A stretch of 64,000 nucleotides of DNA from an uncultured Clostridia bacterium (GTDB lineage Bacteria; Bacillota; Clostridia; UMGS1883), in the NCBI GenBank assembly GCA_934454525.1, contig CAKSFM010000003.1, positions 35,278 through 99,277 on the forward strand, in the 5' to 3' direction. A program made the position numbers and the translations under genes. Below are positions 29,585-39,601 of the stretch, in pieces. Position 1 is the stretch's first letter; each line of letters begins with the position of its first letter. Under the pieces are notes generated by a model. That model did not search any database, was not told where the DNA came from, and saw nothing but the letters and a program-made list of their open reading frames with translations.

Positions 29585-29586
29585 TT

Positions 29587-30387
29587 ATGGGATTATACAA
29601 AAACAGAATTGTGGTAAAGGTTGGAACATCCACGCTTACAAACGAAACGGGAAAAAGCGATTTGCGCTCATTTGACCGCATTGCATGCGTTTTATCCGAC
29701 ATTCAGAACAAAGGCTATGAAGTGATTTTGGTTTCATCGGGAGCAATCGCAGTGGGAACAAGCAAACTGCATATGGCGCAGCGCCCTCAGAGTATGCGCA
29801 TGAAGCAGGCTGCTGCGGCAGTCGGTCAGTGCAGCATTATGTATTGGTACGACAAATTTTTCGGCGACTACGATAAAACAATAGCGCAGATTCTTTTAAA
29901 TGCTGACGACATTGAGCACGAGGAAAAGAAAGAAAATCTGACAAACACGTTTAATGCATTGCTTGAAATGGGAGTTATTCCCGTGGTTAATGAAAACGAT
30001 TCCGTAAGCTACACGGAAATTGAGTCGCGCGACAGGCTGTTCGGTGATAACGATATGCTTTCCGCGGTTGTCACTGTTCTGTGCCGCGCCGGAACGCTTG
30101 TTATACTTTCCGATATTGACGGACTGTACGACCGCGACCCCCGTTTGCACCACGATGCAAAGCTGATTGAGCGTATTGAACATATCAATGAAGAGGTATA
30201 TTCCCTTGCAGGCGGCGCAGGTTCAAGGCGCGGCACGGGCGGAATGAAAACAAAGATTCGTGCAGCGGCACTGGCAACGGCAAACGGTGCCGGGGTTATT
30301 GTCACAAACGGAAAAAAGCCGGAATCTCTCTATGATATTATAAGCGGCACTCCCGTCGGCACATTCTTTGCACCGGGGCAGACATAA
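29587..30387 (+). CDS. proB: Glutamate 5-kinase
   Basis: RIVVKVGTSTLT, VILVSSGAIAVG and VPVVNENDSV are amino-acid-kinase motifs. No PUA domain (short form). Confidence 0.93.
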   Translation: MGLYKNRIVVKVGTSTLTNETGKSDLRSFDRIACVLSDIQNKGYEVILVSSGAIAVGTSKLHMAQRPQSMRMKQAAAAVGQCSIMYWYDKFFGDYDKTIAQILLNADDIEHEEKKENLTNTFNALLEMGVIPVVNENDSVSYTEIESRDRLFGDNDMLSAVVTVLCRAGTLVILSDIDGLYDRDPRLHHDAKLIERIEHINEEVYSLAGGAGSRRGTGGMKTKIRAAALATANGAGVIVTNGKKPESLYDIISGTPVGTFFAPGQT

Positions 30388-30394
30388 CAAATTT

Positions 30395-30428
30395 GAACCC
30401 CATGCAATAAATTTGTTGCATGGGGTTC
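30395..30428 (+). terminator. Stem-loop after proB (13-bp perfect stem, no clear U-tract)
   Basis: GAACCCCATGCAA-8 nt-TTGCATGGGGTTC. Confidence 0.5.
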
Positions 30429-30468
30429 GCCGTTCAAAAATAAACTTCATTTCCGCCCGATAAATAAA

Positions 30469-30498
30469 TTGACTGCCGCAGGTTAATTGTGTTACAAT
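30469..30498 (+). promoter_or_regulatory. Sigma-A type promoter (TTGACT-18-TACAAT)
   Basis: TTGACT at 30469-30474 and TACAAT at 30493-30498. It leaves a leader of roughly 160-170 nt before the ATG at 30669. Confidence 0.5.
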
Positions 30499-30668
30499 AT
30501 AATAAAGAATCGTGCAATTTTTATTGAACAAAAGTAATATTATTTAATAAAAATTTAAGATAAGGTTTAGCGATTTTCAACCTCGGTGGTTTATTATATG
30601 ACTGTAGGGTCCTACAGGGGGTGATTTCCCCTGTAAACGGTCGGTATCGGCAGAAAGGAAGGATTAAT

Positions 30669-31958
30669 ATGAAATTAAACAAAAAATCGGTTATCGGATT
30701 ATTTCTCACAGGCGTGCTCATTTCGGGAACAGTTGCATCGGCGGACGTACTTATAGGCGATGGCTACAACGGAGCAAAACAGGCGCTTAAGTACACAGCC
30801 AAAACACTTTCAAAAAACACTGACAGCGTAACGGCAGCTTTCAGCTATGAGCTTAAGTTTGACGGTGATGTCCGCGCAAGCGAATCAAGCGTGACAATGT
30901 ACGACCTCAAAAATCAGAAAAGGCTTGAACAGAGTACATCTTACGGACATAAGGACGGTGAAACTTCTTCTTTCTGGTATGAAGATCTTGAAAAATCAAT
31001 TTCATACCACAGCGCAGAAGACGCTTACTATCAGTCCAACTTCTCCGGAAATGATGAGAGAAGCATAAGTATTCAGGATCCGTTTGAAGAGGACATTGCA
31101 AAGGATGTTGAAAAAGTTGCAGACGCCTTCGTAAGCAATATGAAAGACTATGTTCAGACCAAGGACACGGCGGACGGCGGCAAGCTTTATTTCGGAAGCG
31201 TTGACAGCGCTCAGATGCCTGTGTTTGCAAACGCACTCTCTTCTTTCTTCATGAAGTATTCGTACCTTGATGAGTATAACTGCGATCAGATGGATATTCC
31301 CAAGCTTGACGGAAGCCTTTACTGCAATGAGGTTTCGGGGAAGATTTCGCAGAACGCGGACGGTCTGCTTGACAGCATTGTCGGAACGGCGGCTCTTATC
31401 GGAACGGAAAAGAGCGGCGAAGAGCACACAATTGAGTTCAGCATTTCCGTCAAGATTTCGGACATTAACAGCACAACGGTTAACGAACCTGATGTTGACG
31501 AAAGCAAGCTGACTGTTTATGACGAAGCAGAGGACGATTTGCGCTATCGCCTTACCGAGGCTAATCTCGGAACATATCACGGCGATATGACAGTACGGAA
31601 CAACAATGCATTCGAGAAGCTCGGAGATGTTCAGCTTGAGATCACATCCGTTTCCGATGATTCAAAAACGGCAGACGCACATATTGTTATAAGCGGCAAA
31701 GAAAATGTTGACTGCGATATAACTCTTGAAAGAGCGTCCGACAACGATTATGAAACAAACTATGTATTCAACTATACAACAGCAGACGGTGAAGATAAAA
31801 CCGGTCTTGTTGAAACCGATACTTACGTCGGTCAGTTCGGTTCTCACATGTTCATACGCTTAGGTATTAAAGTTGAAAATCACGATGACGGCGGTTTTGC
31901 ATGGCAGGACAATAATGAACCCGGAAATTGTGTTCTTGTTTCAAGAATATTTGACTGA
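30669..31958 (+). CDS. Secreted protein of unknown function (429 aa)
   Basis: Signal peptide MKLNKKSVIGLFLTGVLISGTVASA after AAAGGAAGG. Acidic and Ser/Asp-rich, with no motif I can assign. Confidence 0.6.
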   Translation: MKLNKKSVIGLFLTGVLISGTVASADVLIGDGYNGAKQALKYTAKTLSKNTDSVTAAFSYELKFDGDVRASESSVTMYDLKNQKRLEQSTSYGHKDGETSSFWYEDLEKSISYHSAEDAYYQSNFSGNDERSISIQDPFEEDIAKDVEKVADAFVSNMKDYVQTKDTADGGKLYFGSVDSAQMPVFANALSSFFMKYSYLDEYNCDQMDIPKLDGSLYCNEVSGKISQNADGLLDSIVGTAALIGTEKSGEEHTIEFSISVKISDINSTTVNEPDVDESKLTVYDEAEDDLRYRLTEANLGTYHGDMTVRNNNAFEKLGDVQLEITSVSDDSKTADAHIVISGKENVDCDITLERASDNDYETNYVFNYTTADGEDKTGLVETDTYVGQFGSHMFIRLGIKVENHDDGGFAWQDNNEPGNCVLVSRIFD

Positions 31959-32027
31959 TAACAGCGGCTTTGCGGGCAGCGGCGGATTTTTCCGCCGCTC
32001 CCGTGTTCTGCCGGAAGGAGGAACCGA

Positions 32028-32753
32028 ATGGATAAGGCAATAATGGTGCAGGAGCTGTGCAAAAAATATAAAAACGGGCGCGGAATCGAAAATGTTTCCT
32101 TTGATGTTGAGGAGGGTGAAATTTTCGGTTTTCTCGGTCCGAACGGCGCGGGAAAAACAACGGCGCTGAAAATTCTCACGGGACTTATAAAGGCTGACAG
32201 CGGCAGGGCATGCATATTTGGGCATGATATTGAAAACGATTATGAAAATGCCATGGCAAATGTCGGCGCAATTATAGAAGCGGTTGCGCCTTTCCCATAC
32301 CTTACCGCGTACGAAAATATGCGCATTGCCGCGCGCTACTATGACGGCATAACGAACGCGCGGATTGACGAATGCCTTGAAAACACAGGGATTCTTAAAT
32401 TCAAAAATGAAAAAGCAAAGGGTTTCTCACTCGGAATGAAGCAGCGGCTCGGAATTTCGATGGCGCTTATATCCAATCCGAGCGTGATGATTCTTGATGA
32501 ACCGCTCAACGGACTTGACGTTGAGGGAATGGTTGAAATGCGAAAGCTTATTCAAAAACTTTCAAAGGAGAACAAAACTTCTTTTCTGATTTCAAGCCAT
32601 CTGATACATGATGTTGAGCTGACATGCACAAAAATCGGAATACTTTACAACGGGAAAATGCTCGGTGTTGACTACACCGATAATATACTGATGAATTATT
32701 CATCACTCGAAAACTATTATCTGAGTGAGGTGGATTTAAATGCACAACCTTAA
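32028..32753 (+). CDS. ABC transporter ATP-binding protein (ABC-2 exporter type)
   Basis: Walker A GPNGAGKTT, signature FSLGMKQRL, Walker B MILDEPLNGLD. Confidence 0.92.
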   Translation: MDKAIMVQELCKKYKNGRGIENVSFDVEEGEIFGFLGPNGAGKTTALKILTGLIKADSGRACIFGHDIENDYENAMANVGAIIEAVAPFPYLTAYENMRIAARYYDGITNARIDECLENTGILKFKNEKAKGFSLGMKQRLGISMALISNPSVMILDEPLNGLDVEGMVEMRKLIQKLSKENKTSFLISSHLIHDVELTCTKIGILYNGKMLGVDYTDNILMNYSSLENYYLSEVDLNAQP

Positions 32754-33483
32754 GGCTGCTTACATAAATGAGCTTTACAAGCTTTCAAAAAGAAAAAAGC
32801 TTGTTGTTGCGGCGCTGCTGTGCCTTGCGATAATTGCCGTTGCGGCGGTTATCACATGCACGGTAAACAACTTTATGGGAATTAATCTGACGGGAAACTA
32901 TGAATTTTCCGTAATGGTTCTCCCGGTCTTTCTCAATATTGTTATACCGCTTTTTACAATATTTATATGCATTGACATGTTCTGCGCGGAATACGGTTCA
33001 AACACCATGAAAACAGTGCTTTTATCTCCTGCGTCGCGTCTGAAGATTTTCTGTGCGAAAATCGGCGCTGCGCTGACGGTTATCGCCTCCATGCTGCTGC
33101 TTATAATGTTTTCATCTTTTATAGTTTCAATCTTTATCAGGCACACTCATTTCAGCTTCATAAAAATACTGATTTCATACATCATTTCGATGATTCCGCT
33201 GACGGTTATATGCCTGCTCGCCGTGCTTGTTTCAAATCTTATGAAAGGCAGCGGCAGCTCGTTTCTCGTTTGTGTTATAGCGCTTCTTGCATTCAAAGCG
33301 TTTGAAGTGATTTATCCCGCCGCGTCGTCGTTTTTCTTCACGTCGGGAATCAATATGTATGTGCTTATCAATGCTCAGCTTGTCGGAATTGCCAAGGTAT
33401 TCAGACTTTTGCTGATTTCCGTCGGATATATTATAATGTTTTTTTCCGGCGGATATGCTCTTTTCGAGAGCAAGGAAATATAG
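32740..33483 (+). CDS. ABC-2 family transporter permease
   Basis: Six predicted hydrophobic segments. Overlaps the ATPase gene by 14 nt. Confidence 0.8.
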   Translation: MHNLKAAYINELYKLSKRKKLVVAALLCLAIIAVAAVITCTVNNFMGINLTGNYEFSVMVLPVFLNIVIPLFTIFICIDMFCAEYGSNTMKTVLLSPASRLKIFCAKIGAALTVIASMLLLIMFSSFIVSIFIRHTHFSFIKILISYIISMIPLTVICLLAVLVSNLMKGSGSSFLVCVIALLAFKAFEVIYPAASSFFFTSGINMYVLINAQLVGIAKVFRLLLISVGYIIMFFSGGYALFESKEI

Positions 33484-33502
33484 TTGCAGGGTGTGATTAA
33501 CC

Positions 33503-34843
33503 ATGAAAAAAAGGCTGTTTGCATACGGAATATATATGCTTGTAATCTCATCTGTTATATCGGTGCTGATCGTCATATGCACATCATCGCTGCTGCTGGC
33601 GTCAAAGGATATAAAGTATAAAAACGGAGTTGTGGAATCCGAGGTTATCGTCATGCGTGACGGAAAACAGATTTATTCCACTCATAATTATTCCGAGATT
33701 CAGCTGCAAAATATTCTGCTCACCGCGAAAAACGACTCTCTCACCTACTGCGAAAACGGAATCAGTTACAGGGTATCACAGCAGACATATAAGGACGGAG
33801 CAATTTTGCTTCGTCTTTCGCCGGTTATTGATTTCGGGTATACGGAAAAGCTTATATTTATCTTATATGCAGCTTCATTTATAATAATATATATTCTTGT
33901 GCTTTTGCTCGTTCTCAGACGGATAGACCGCGGAATTGTGAAACCGCTTGAAACGATTACGGAGCACACTCGGCTGCTTTCCTCGGGCAGCTTGGATGAA
34001 AACATTCCGGATGAGGGTGTAAGTGAAATCAATGCACTCGGGAAAGAAATCGAAATGCTCCGGCTAAGGCTGAAAAAAGAGGTATATCAAAACAAAAAAT
34101 CAGCCGACAGCCGAAAATTTCTGATATCAAGTATGTCGCACGATTTAAGAACGCCGATAACCTCGCTGCACGGTTATCTTGAGGGCATAATTGACGGTAT
34201 TGCGGATTCTGAGGAAAAGCGGCAGATATATGTTCGCAAGGCGCTTGAAAAGGTTGATTTAATTAATAGGATGATAGGCGATCTTCTGCTTTATTCCAAG
34301 CTTGACCAAAATCAAATTGAATTTCATTGCACCTATGTTGACATTGCAAAATATCTTGAAGCTTTTATGCTTGACAGCAGGCTTTATTTCAGCCGCGGTC
34401 AGAAAAATATAACATTTAAAAACGAATTGCAGGCAAAATATTCGGTTTACATTGATGTTTCACAATTTGACAGAGTTATGAGTAATATCACATCAAATGC
34501 TTATAAATATATACCAGAAAAAACAGGTCTTGTTGAGATAATGCTCCGCGAAAACTCCTCCGGAGTCATAATCGAGGTGCACGATAACGGTTCGGGCATA
34601 AGCGCCGAGGATCTTCCGAAAATATTTGACCGCTTCTACCGGTGTGAAAAATCAAGACAGATAAAAGGGTCAAGCGGACTCGGTCTTGCAATTTCAAAGC
34701 AGATTGTTGAAAATATGAACGGGCGCATATGGGCAGTCAGCAAAGAGGGCGCCGGAACTTCAATTATGATAACTTTCAAAAAATACTTATCGAAAGGGGC
34801 TGAGGCTGATGGCAGCCGAAACAAGGAAAATACTGATAATTGA
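33503..34843 (+). CDS. Sensor histidine kinase (2 TM, HAMP, HisKA, HATPase_c)
   Basis: H-box SSMSHDLRTPITSL, N-box NITSNAYKY, and G-boxes DNGSGI / GSSGLGLAI. Confidence 0.92.
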   Translation: MKKRLFAYGIYMLVISSVISVLIVICTSSLLLASKDIKYKNGVVESEVIVMRDGKQIYSTHNYSEIQLQNILLTAKNDSLTYCENGISYRVSQQTYKDGAILLRLSPVIDFGYTEKLIFILYAASFIIIYILVLLLVLRRIDRGIVKPLETITEHTRLLSSGSLDENIPDEGVSEINALGKEIEMLRLRLKKEVYQNKKSADSRKFLISSMSHDLRTPITSLHGYLEGIIDGIADSEEKRQIYVRKALEKVDLINRMIGDLLLYSKLDQNQIEFHCTYVDIAKYLEAFMLDSRLYFSRGQKNITFKNELQAKYSVYIDVSQFDRVMSNITSNAYKYIPEKTGLVEIMLRENSSGVIIEVHDNGSGISAEDLPKIFDRFYRCEKSRQIKGSSGLGLAISKQIVENMNGRIWAVSKEGAGTSIMITFKKYLSKGAEADGSRNKENTDN

Positions 34844-35516
34844 GGATGACGAAAGCATTGCCGAAATCCAGAAGGATTATCTTGAAATGAGCGGTTACAG
34901 CGTCGACTGCGCATATGACGGAGAGAGCGGAATGCAGAAATATCTTTCCGGTCAATACAGCCTTGTAATCCTTGATCTGATGATTCCGAAAATGAGCGGT
35001 TTTGAAATCCTCGATAAAATTGCGGAAAAGAAAAAAATCCCCGTTATAATCGTTTCGGCGCGCGATGAGGAGCTATCTAAAATAAAAGGTCTGAACCTCG
35101 GAGCGGATGATTATATAACAAAGCCTTTCGGAATGGGCGAGCTGCTGGCGCGCGTCAACAGTCACATAAAAACCTACGGAAAATTTAACACAGCGGCTTC
35201 GGAAAACAGACTTCTTGAAGTCGGAAATCTGAAAATTGATGAGCTTGACAGACGTGTATACATAAATGGCAAAGAAGTTATCTTAAAACAAAAGGAATTT
35301 GACCTTCTGCTTTTTCTTATGAAGAATCCGAACCGCGTTTTTAGCAAAGACGAGCTTTTTGAGCGTGTTTGGGGGTTTGATGCACTTTCGGACACAACAA
35401 CCGTAACCGTTCATATCGCGCGGATAAGGGAAAAAATCGAAAAAAACCCGGCAAAACCGGAATATATTCTGACAGTCTGGGGCAGCGGATACCGCTTTCG
35501 GAACGAAGCGGTTTAA
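34809..35516 (+). CDS. OmpR-family response regulator
   Basis: Receiver domain ILIIEDD...LVILDLMIPKMSG, plus a winged-helix C-terminus LTVWGSGYRF. Confidence 0.93.
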   Translation: MAAETRKILIIEDDESIAEIQKDYLEMSGYSVDCAYDGESGMQKYLSGQYSLVILDLMIPKMSGFEILDKIAEKKKIPVIIVSARDEELSKIKGLNLGADDYITKPFGMGELLARVNSHIKTYGKFNTAASENRLLEVGNLKIDELDRRVYINGKEVILKQKEFDLLLFLMKNPNRVFSKDELFERVWGFDALSDTTTVTVHIARIREKIEKNPAKPEYILTVWGSGYRFRNEAV

Positions 35517-35565
35517 AAGATGAAAGTCAGGGGCAAAATTTCTTTGCCCCTGACTTTCATCTTTT
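35515..35565. terminator. Bidirectional terminator (23-bp perfect inverted repeat) between convergent genes
   Basis: AAAAGATGAAAGTCAGGGGCAAA-5 nt-TTTGCCCCTGACTTTCATCTTTT, with A/T tracts on both sides. Confidence 0.85.
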
Positions 35566-36278
35566 TAATCAAGGATTTTCCCGTCAGTCGAGATTGTCAC
35601 AACTTGCCACGGAATAAATTTTCCGCTGTTTTGAAGAGCGGTTTTCGCCGCATGTTCAATACCGCCGCAGCACGGAACCTCCATTCTCACAACCGTAACG
35701 CTCTTTATATCGTTGTTTTTAATTATTTCCGTCAGCTTTTCGGAATAATCTGTGTTATCAAGCTTGGGACAGCCGATCAGCGTTATATGTCCCTTTATAA
35801 ACTTCTCATGAAACGCCGCATACGCATATGCTGAGCAGTCGGCAGCTATCAAAAGCTTTGCCCCGTCAAAGTATGGCGCATTAAGCGGTGCAAGCTTTAT
35901 TTGAACAGGCCACTGCATAAGGCGGCTTTCGGAATAATCAACAGTACGCCTCTCCTCCGGTTCCGCCCTTTTTATTGTGCGCGCATTGCTGCCCGGGCAG
36001 CCGCACGGCGTTGAACCCGCACTTTTTTCCCGATTCTTTTTCTCTTCCATGTTTCGTTTAACCGCCGCTTCGTCATATGCCGCAGCCTCGCGCTCAACAA
36101 ATGTTATTGCTCCTGTCGGGCATGTCGGCAAACAGTCGCCGAGTCCATCGCAGTAATCATCGCGCAGCAGCTTTGCCTTGCCGTCAACCATTCCGATAGC
36201 GCCCTCGTGACATGCCTGCGCGCAGATTCCGCAGCCGTTGCATTTTTCCTCATCAATATTTATAATTCTTCTTATCAT
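35565..36278 (-). CDS. 4Fe-4S dicluster domain protein
   Basis: CNGCGICAQACHEGA and CDGLGDCLPTCPTGA ferredoxin-type motifs, plus an additional C-terminal Cys-rich domain (VPCCGG). Confidence 0.8.
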   Translation of the reverse strand: MIRRIINIDEEKCNGCGICAQACHEGAIGMVDGKAKLLRDDYCDGLGDCLPTCPTGAITFVEREAAAYDEAAVKRNMEEKKNREKSAGSTPCGCPGSNARTIKRAEPEERRTVDYSESRLMQWPVQIKLAPLNAPYFDGAKLLIAADCSAYAYAAFHEKFIKGHITLIGCPKLDNTDYSEKLTEIIKNNDIKSVTVVRMEVPCCGGIEHAAKTALQNSGKFIPWQVVTISTDGKILD

Positions 36279-36374
36279 GCTTCACATTCCTTTCATGCTT
36301 GACTTTCTGATTGAATTATACTAAAATGCATATAATAAATCTGTTGTTTTTCCAACAAAGGAGTGGATTTTTTC

Positions 36375-37040
36375 ATGAAATATACGGAAATATTAAAAAA
36401 GACTTTAATTTTCGCCGGAATATCTGCCGAAAACATAGAAAAAATACTTGCAATGCTTAAAATTAAAACAAAGACCTATGCTCATGGCGAATTTATTCTG
36501 CGCAGCGGCGAACAGATAACAGCAGTCGGAATAATGCTGTGCGGAAATGCGTTTATTGCCAGCGATGACTTTTGGGGGAACAGAAATCTTATCGCCTGTC
36601 TGTCGGAACACGATGTCTTTGCCGAGGCATACGCATTTATTCCCGATGCTGTTTCAACAGTAAGCGTTATCGCCGAAAATGATTGCTGCGTGTTATTTAT
36701 CGATTCGAAGCTTCTTGCGCAAGGCGGTTATCCGTTTTCTCAAACAATCCTTATGAATATGCTGCGCGCCATAGCGGAAAAAAACAGGATTCTCAATGAC
36801 AAGCTTACGCATATGAGCAAGCGGACAACGCAGGCAAAGCTTATGAGTTATCTTTCTGCTCAGTCAGAAAAAACCGGCGGACGCAGCTTTAACATTCCGC
36901 TCAACCGTCAGCAGCTTGCCGATTATCTTGGGGTTGAGCGCAGCGCCATGTCATCTGAACTTGGAAAAATGAAAAAACTCGGACTTATTGAATATAAGAA
37001 AAATCGCTTCACGCTGCTAAGCGGAAGCGATAATTCATAG
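36375..37040 (+). CDS. Crp/Fnr family transcriptional regulator
   Basis: cNMP-binding-like N-domain and C-terminal HTH NRQQLADYLGVERSAMSSELGKMKK. Confidence 0.88.
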   Translation: MKYTEILKKTLIFAGISAENIEKILAMLKIKTKTYAHGEFILRSGEQITAVGIMLCGNAFIASDDFWGNRNLIACLSEHDVFAEAYAFIPDAVSTVSVIAENDCCVLFIDSKLLAQGGYPFSQTILMNMLRAIAEKNRILNDKLTHMSKRTTQAKLMSYLSAQSEKTGGRSFNIPLNRQQLADYLGVERSAMSSELGKMKKLGLIEYKKNRFTLLSGSDNS

Positions 37041-37059
37041 GCACAACAAAAAACAGTTA

Positions 37060-37473
37060 CTAAAACACAAGTACAAGCGTTCCGGCTGAAATCAGCAGGC
37101 ATGCAATAACCGTTTTAAATGTCATCTGCTCGTGCAGAAACAAAAATGCCATGATAATTGTTATAACGATGCTCAGCTTGTCAATCGGAGCAACCTTTGA
37201 AACGTCTGACATTTGAAGCGCTTTATAATAACACAGCCATGAAATTCCTGTTGCCATGCCGGAAAGAATAAGAAACATCCAGCTCTTCTTTCCGATTTCC
37301 GTTATTTCGCTTTGCGTGTTTGTAAGAAAGACCATTCCCCATGCCATAATCAGAACAACAACCGTTCGGACGGCAGTTGCAAGATTTGAACTTACTCCGT
37401 TAATGCCAACCTTTGCAAGTATTGACGTAAGCGCTGCAAAGACAGATGACAATATTGCAAATACGAGCCACAT
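37060..37473 (-). CDS. EamA (DMT superfamily) small transporter
   Basis: Four or five hydrophobic helices. MWLVFAILSSVFAALTSILAKVGINGVSSNLATAVRT is typical of single-EamA-domain proteins. Start at the internal ATG after GGAAGTGG. Confidence 0.75.
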   Translation of the reverse strand: MWLVFAILSSVFAALTSILAKVGINGVSSNLATAVRTVVVLIMAWGMVFLTNTQSEITEIGKKSWMFLILSGMATGISWLCYYKALQMSDVSKVAPIDKLSIVITIIMAFLFLHEQMTFKTVIACLLISAGTLVLVF

Positions 37474-37529
37474 CAAAACCCACTTCCCTATTTTTATACC
37501 CGTGCGCAGCAAAGCGGCACGGGTATATT

Positions 37530-39587
37530 TTATTCTGCTGTTTCAATATAATGCTGCGATGAATCGTAAATAACAGGCTCCGAATATCCGAGAACCTCGC
37601 GTTTGCTGGACGCCTGACCGACAGTGATTTCATCACCGTCACTAACTTCGGCATCGGAAGCCATAAGGCTGTACTGACTCAGCAGCACAGTATTCTTGCA
37701 TTGTTCACCGTTAATAAATATCTTACTTTTTTCCGTAAAACCGGTTCCCTGAACATAAACCGAATTTCCCATTGACTTAACTGTTTCAATCTTAATCGGA
37801 ACAGTTCCCATTTTCATATCACTCGGCGTATACGGTTTTTGTCCTCCGAACTGAAAATTGTCGCCGTAGAGCATATCATATGCAAGCAGCTGAATGTCGC
37901 TCTGATACTGCTTATCCGAAATTGAATTATTATCAGCTATCTTCATCTGATGAAGACGAGTCAGATTTCCCATATTAAAGCCGAGCGAATCAAGAATCTG
38001 ACTTGAAAGCTGATACGAATAAAGTTCCTTATTTTCGCGCTTTTCAAGACCGAAATTGTTCCATGTCACATATTCCGTTGCATACGCATCGCCGTTTACA
38101 AGATCATCTCCGTCAATTCCGATTGCGGGAAGATGATCACCGTAGGCAATAATCATTGTCGGCTTTCCGCGGTTTTCAACGGCGGATATAAGGCTGCCGA
38201 GGAACATATCCATTTCCCAAACCTGATTCGTATAATATTGGAGAGCATAAACCTCTGATGAAGTAAACTTATCACTTGTTACTTTTATTACATTATCCGT
38301 TCCTGCGATTGGTTCGGTCGGATATGAACCGTGCCCCTGAACCGAAACAGTCCAGACAAAGCGCGGTGTATCGGCAGTTATTCCCTTTTCCTCATCCTGA
38401 TAGGTCAGCGCTGTCATTATTTCACCGGTCAAAGCCTTATCCTTGCACCAGCCGTAGGGCGTTGTGTCATACCCGTACATATATTCTTTTGACTGGAAAG
38501 TATCAAATCCGAGATGCGGATAAACCTTGTCACGGTCATAAAAGTTACCGGTGTGGTTATGAATAGCATGAGCGCTGTAACCAAGTTTTTTGAGATTAAA
38601 CGGAATCGATTCAGCTGTCTGTTCCAGCATAATTGTCTTGTACGGATATTCCCCGGCGCCGAAATAGTCAAGGCTTATCCCTGTCAGAACTTCAAATTCC
38701 GTGTTCGCCGTTCCGCCGCCGAACGATGGAACGTCAAGCTTTCCTGTTGTGAAATTTTCACGCAGATAGGTGTGAACCGGCGCAGGGTCATCTGAGAAAT
38801 TAAGTCCTTTAATTGTTTTCGGGTCAATAAATGATTCAAGCTGAATCAGAATAATATCGGGTTTCAAAAGCTCGGACGCATCGCCTTCGGCAGGCAGCCT
38901 GTCAAGCTCTTCAGAAACCATTGTTCCGCTGTAACCGCTCGGTTTATCTATACCGGTATCTATAACGCTGCTCGAAAAACAGTATACAAATCCGTAATCG
39001 TTATATGCACCGACAATGTTTCCGAAATCCGAACTGAGCGCCTTAAAGTTAAGACCCAGGTTTGTTGCAATAAGCACGCAGATAACAAGTCCGGCAATTG
39101 ACGCAACGTTTTTTCCATAGCTCAGCTTTCCGCTGATTTTCGGACCGACAATCCACAATGCAACGATTGCAACGGCAAGCAGTCCGACCGAACAATACAA
39201 AAGTATTCGCTGCGTTTTTGACAGATAAACCAATATCAGACTCATTTTTACAATCTGAAAATCAATTGCCCCAAGCGGCGTTACGCGATAGCTCAGCACA
39301 ACATTATTAATCAGTCCGCAGATAAGCCACGGAGCTGAAAGCAAAACGATTCCGAAAACGCGCCTGCGGAAAAGCAGACAGATAGAAAGCGTCAAAAGTA
39401 TAATAAGCGCATTATAGATAAACACATGCGGACTTTTGGCGATATATTTAAGGCATTTGAGCACACTTCGCCTGCTCATTGATTCAATAGCAAAATTTTC
39501 AATAATTGCAAGCACTGCACAGAATAAAATCGGATGATTTTCAATCATACTGCCCAGCGCTGTAAAAAATCGTTTTATTTTCGTCAA
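37530..39587 (-). CDS. LTA synthase family protein (membrane sulfatase-domain enzyme) with C-terminal beta-rich extension
   Basis: Five N-terminal TM segments, then a sulfatase-fold domain (ILIQLESF, GGTANTEFEVLTG, HGSYP). Confidence 0.8.
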   Translation of the reverse strand: MTKIKRFFTALGSMIENHPILFCAVLAIIENFAIESMSRRSVLKCLKYIAKSPHVFIYNALIILLTLSICLLFRRRVFGIVLLSAPWLICGLINNVVLSYRVTPLGAIDFQIVKMSLILVYLSKTQRILLYCSVGLLAVAIVALWIVGPKISGKLSYGKNVASIAGLVICVLIATNLGLNFKALSSDFGNIVGAYNDYGFVYCFSSSVIDTGIDKPSGYSGTMVSEELDRLPAEGDASELLKPDIILIQLESFIDPKTIKGLNFSDDPAPVHTYLRENFTTGKLDVPSFGGGTANTEFEVLTGISLDYFGAGEYPYKTIMLEQTAESIPFNLKKLGYSAHAIHNHTGNFYDRDKVYPHLGFDTFQSKEYMYGYDTTPYGWCKDKALTGEIMTALTYQDEEKGITADTPRFVWTVSVQGHGSYPTEPIAGTDNVIKVTSDKFTSSEVYALQYYTNQVWEMDMFLGSLISAVENRGKPTMIIAYGDHLPAIGIDGDDLVNGDAYATEYVTWNNFGLEKRENKELYSYQLSSQILDSLGFNMGNLTRLHQMKIADNNSISDKQYQSDIQLLAYDMLYGDNFQFGGQKPYTPSDMKMGTVPIKIETVKSMGNSVYVQGTGFTEKSKIFINGEQCKNTVLLSQYSLMASDAEVSDGDEITVGQASSKREVLGYSEPVIYDSSQHYIETAE

Positions 39588-39601
39588 ATAAACACCTTCA
39601 T

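Noticed and set aside
30621-30668. The longer GTG-initiated version of the secreted-protein ORF (445 aa).
   Set aside because: The extension (MISPVNGRYRQKGRIN) precedes a textbook signal peptide, and the RBS AAAGGAAGG is positioned for the ATG at 30669.
36342-36357. Inverted repeat TGTTG-N6-CAACA just upstream of the Crp/Fnr-family gene, a possible autoregulatory box.
   Set aside because: Only 5 bp per arm, it does not match the TTGAT-N4-ATCAA class consensus, and it overlaps an A/T-rich RBS region. It is too weak to call.
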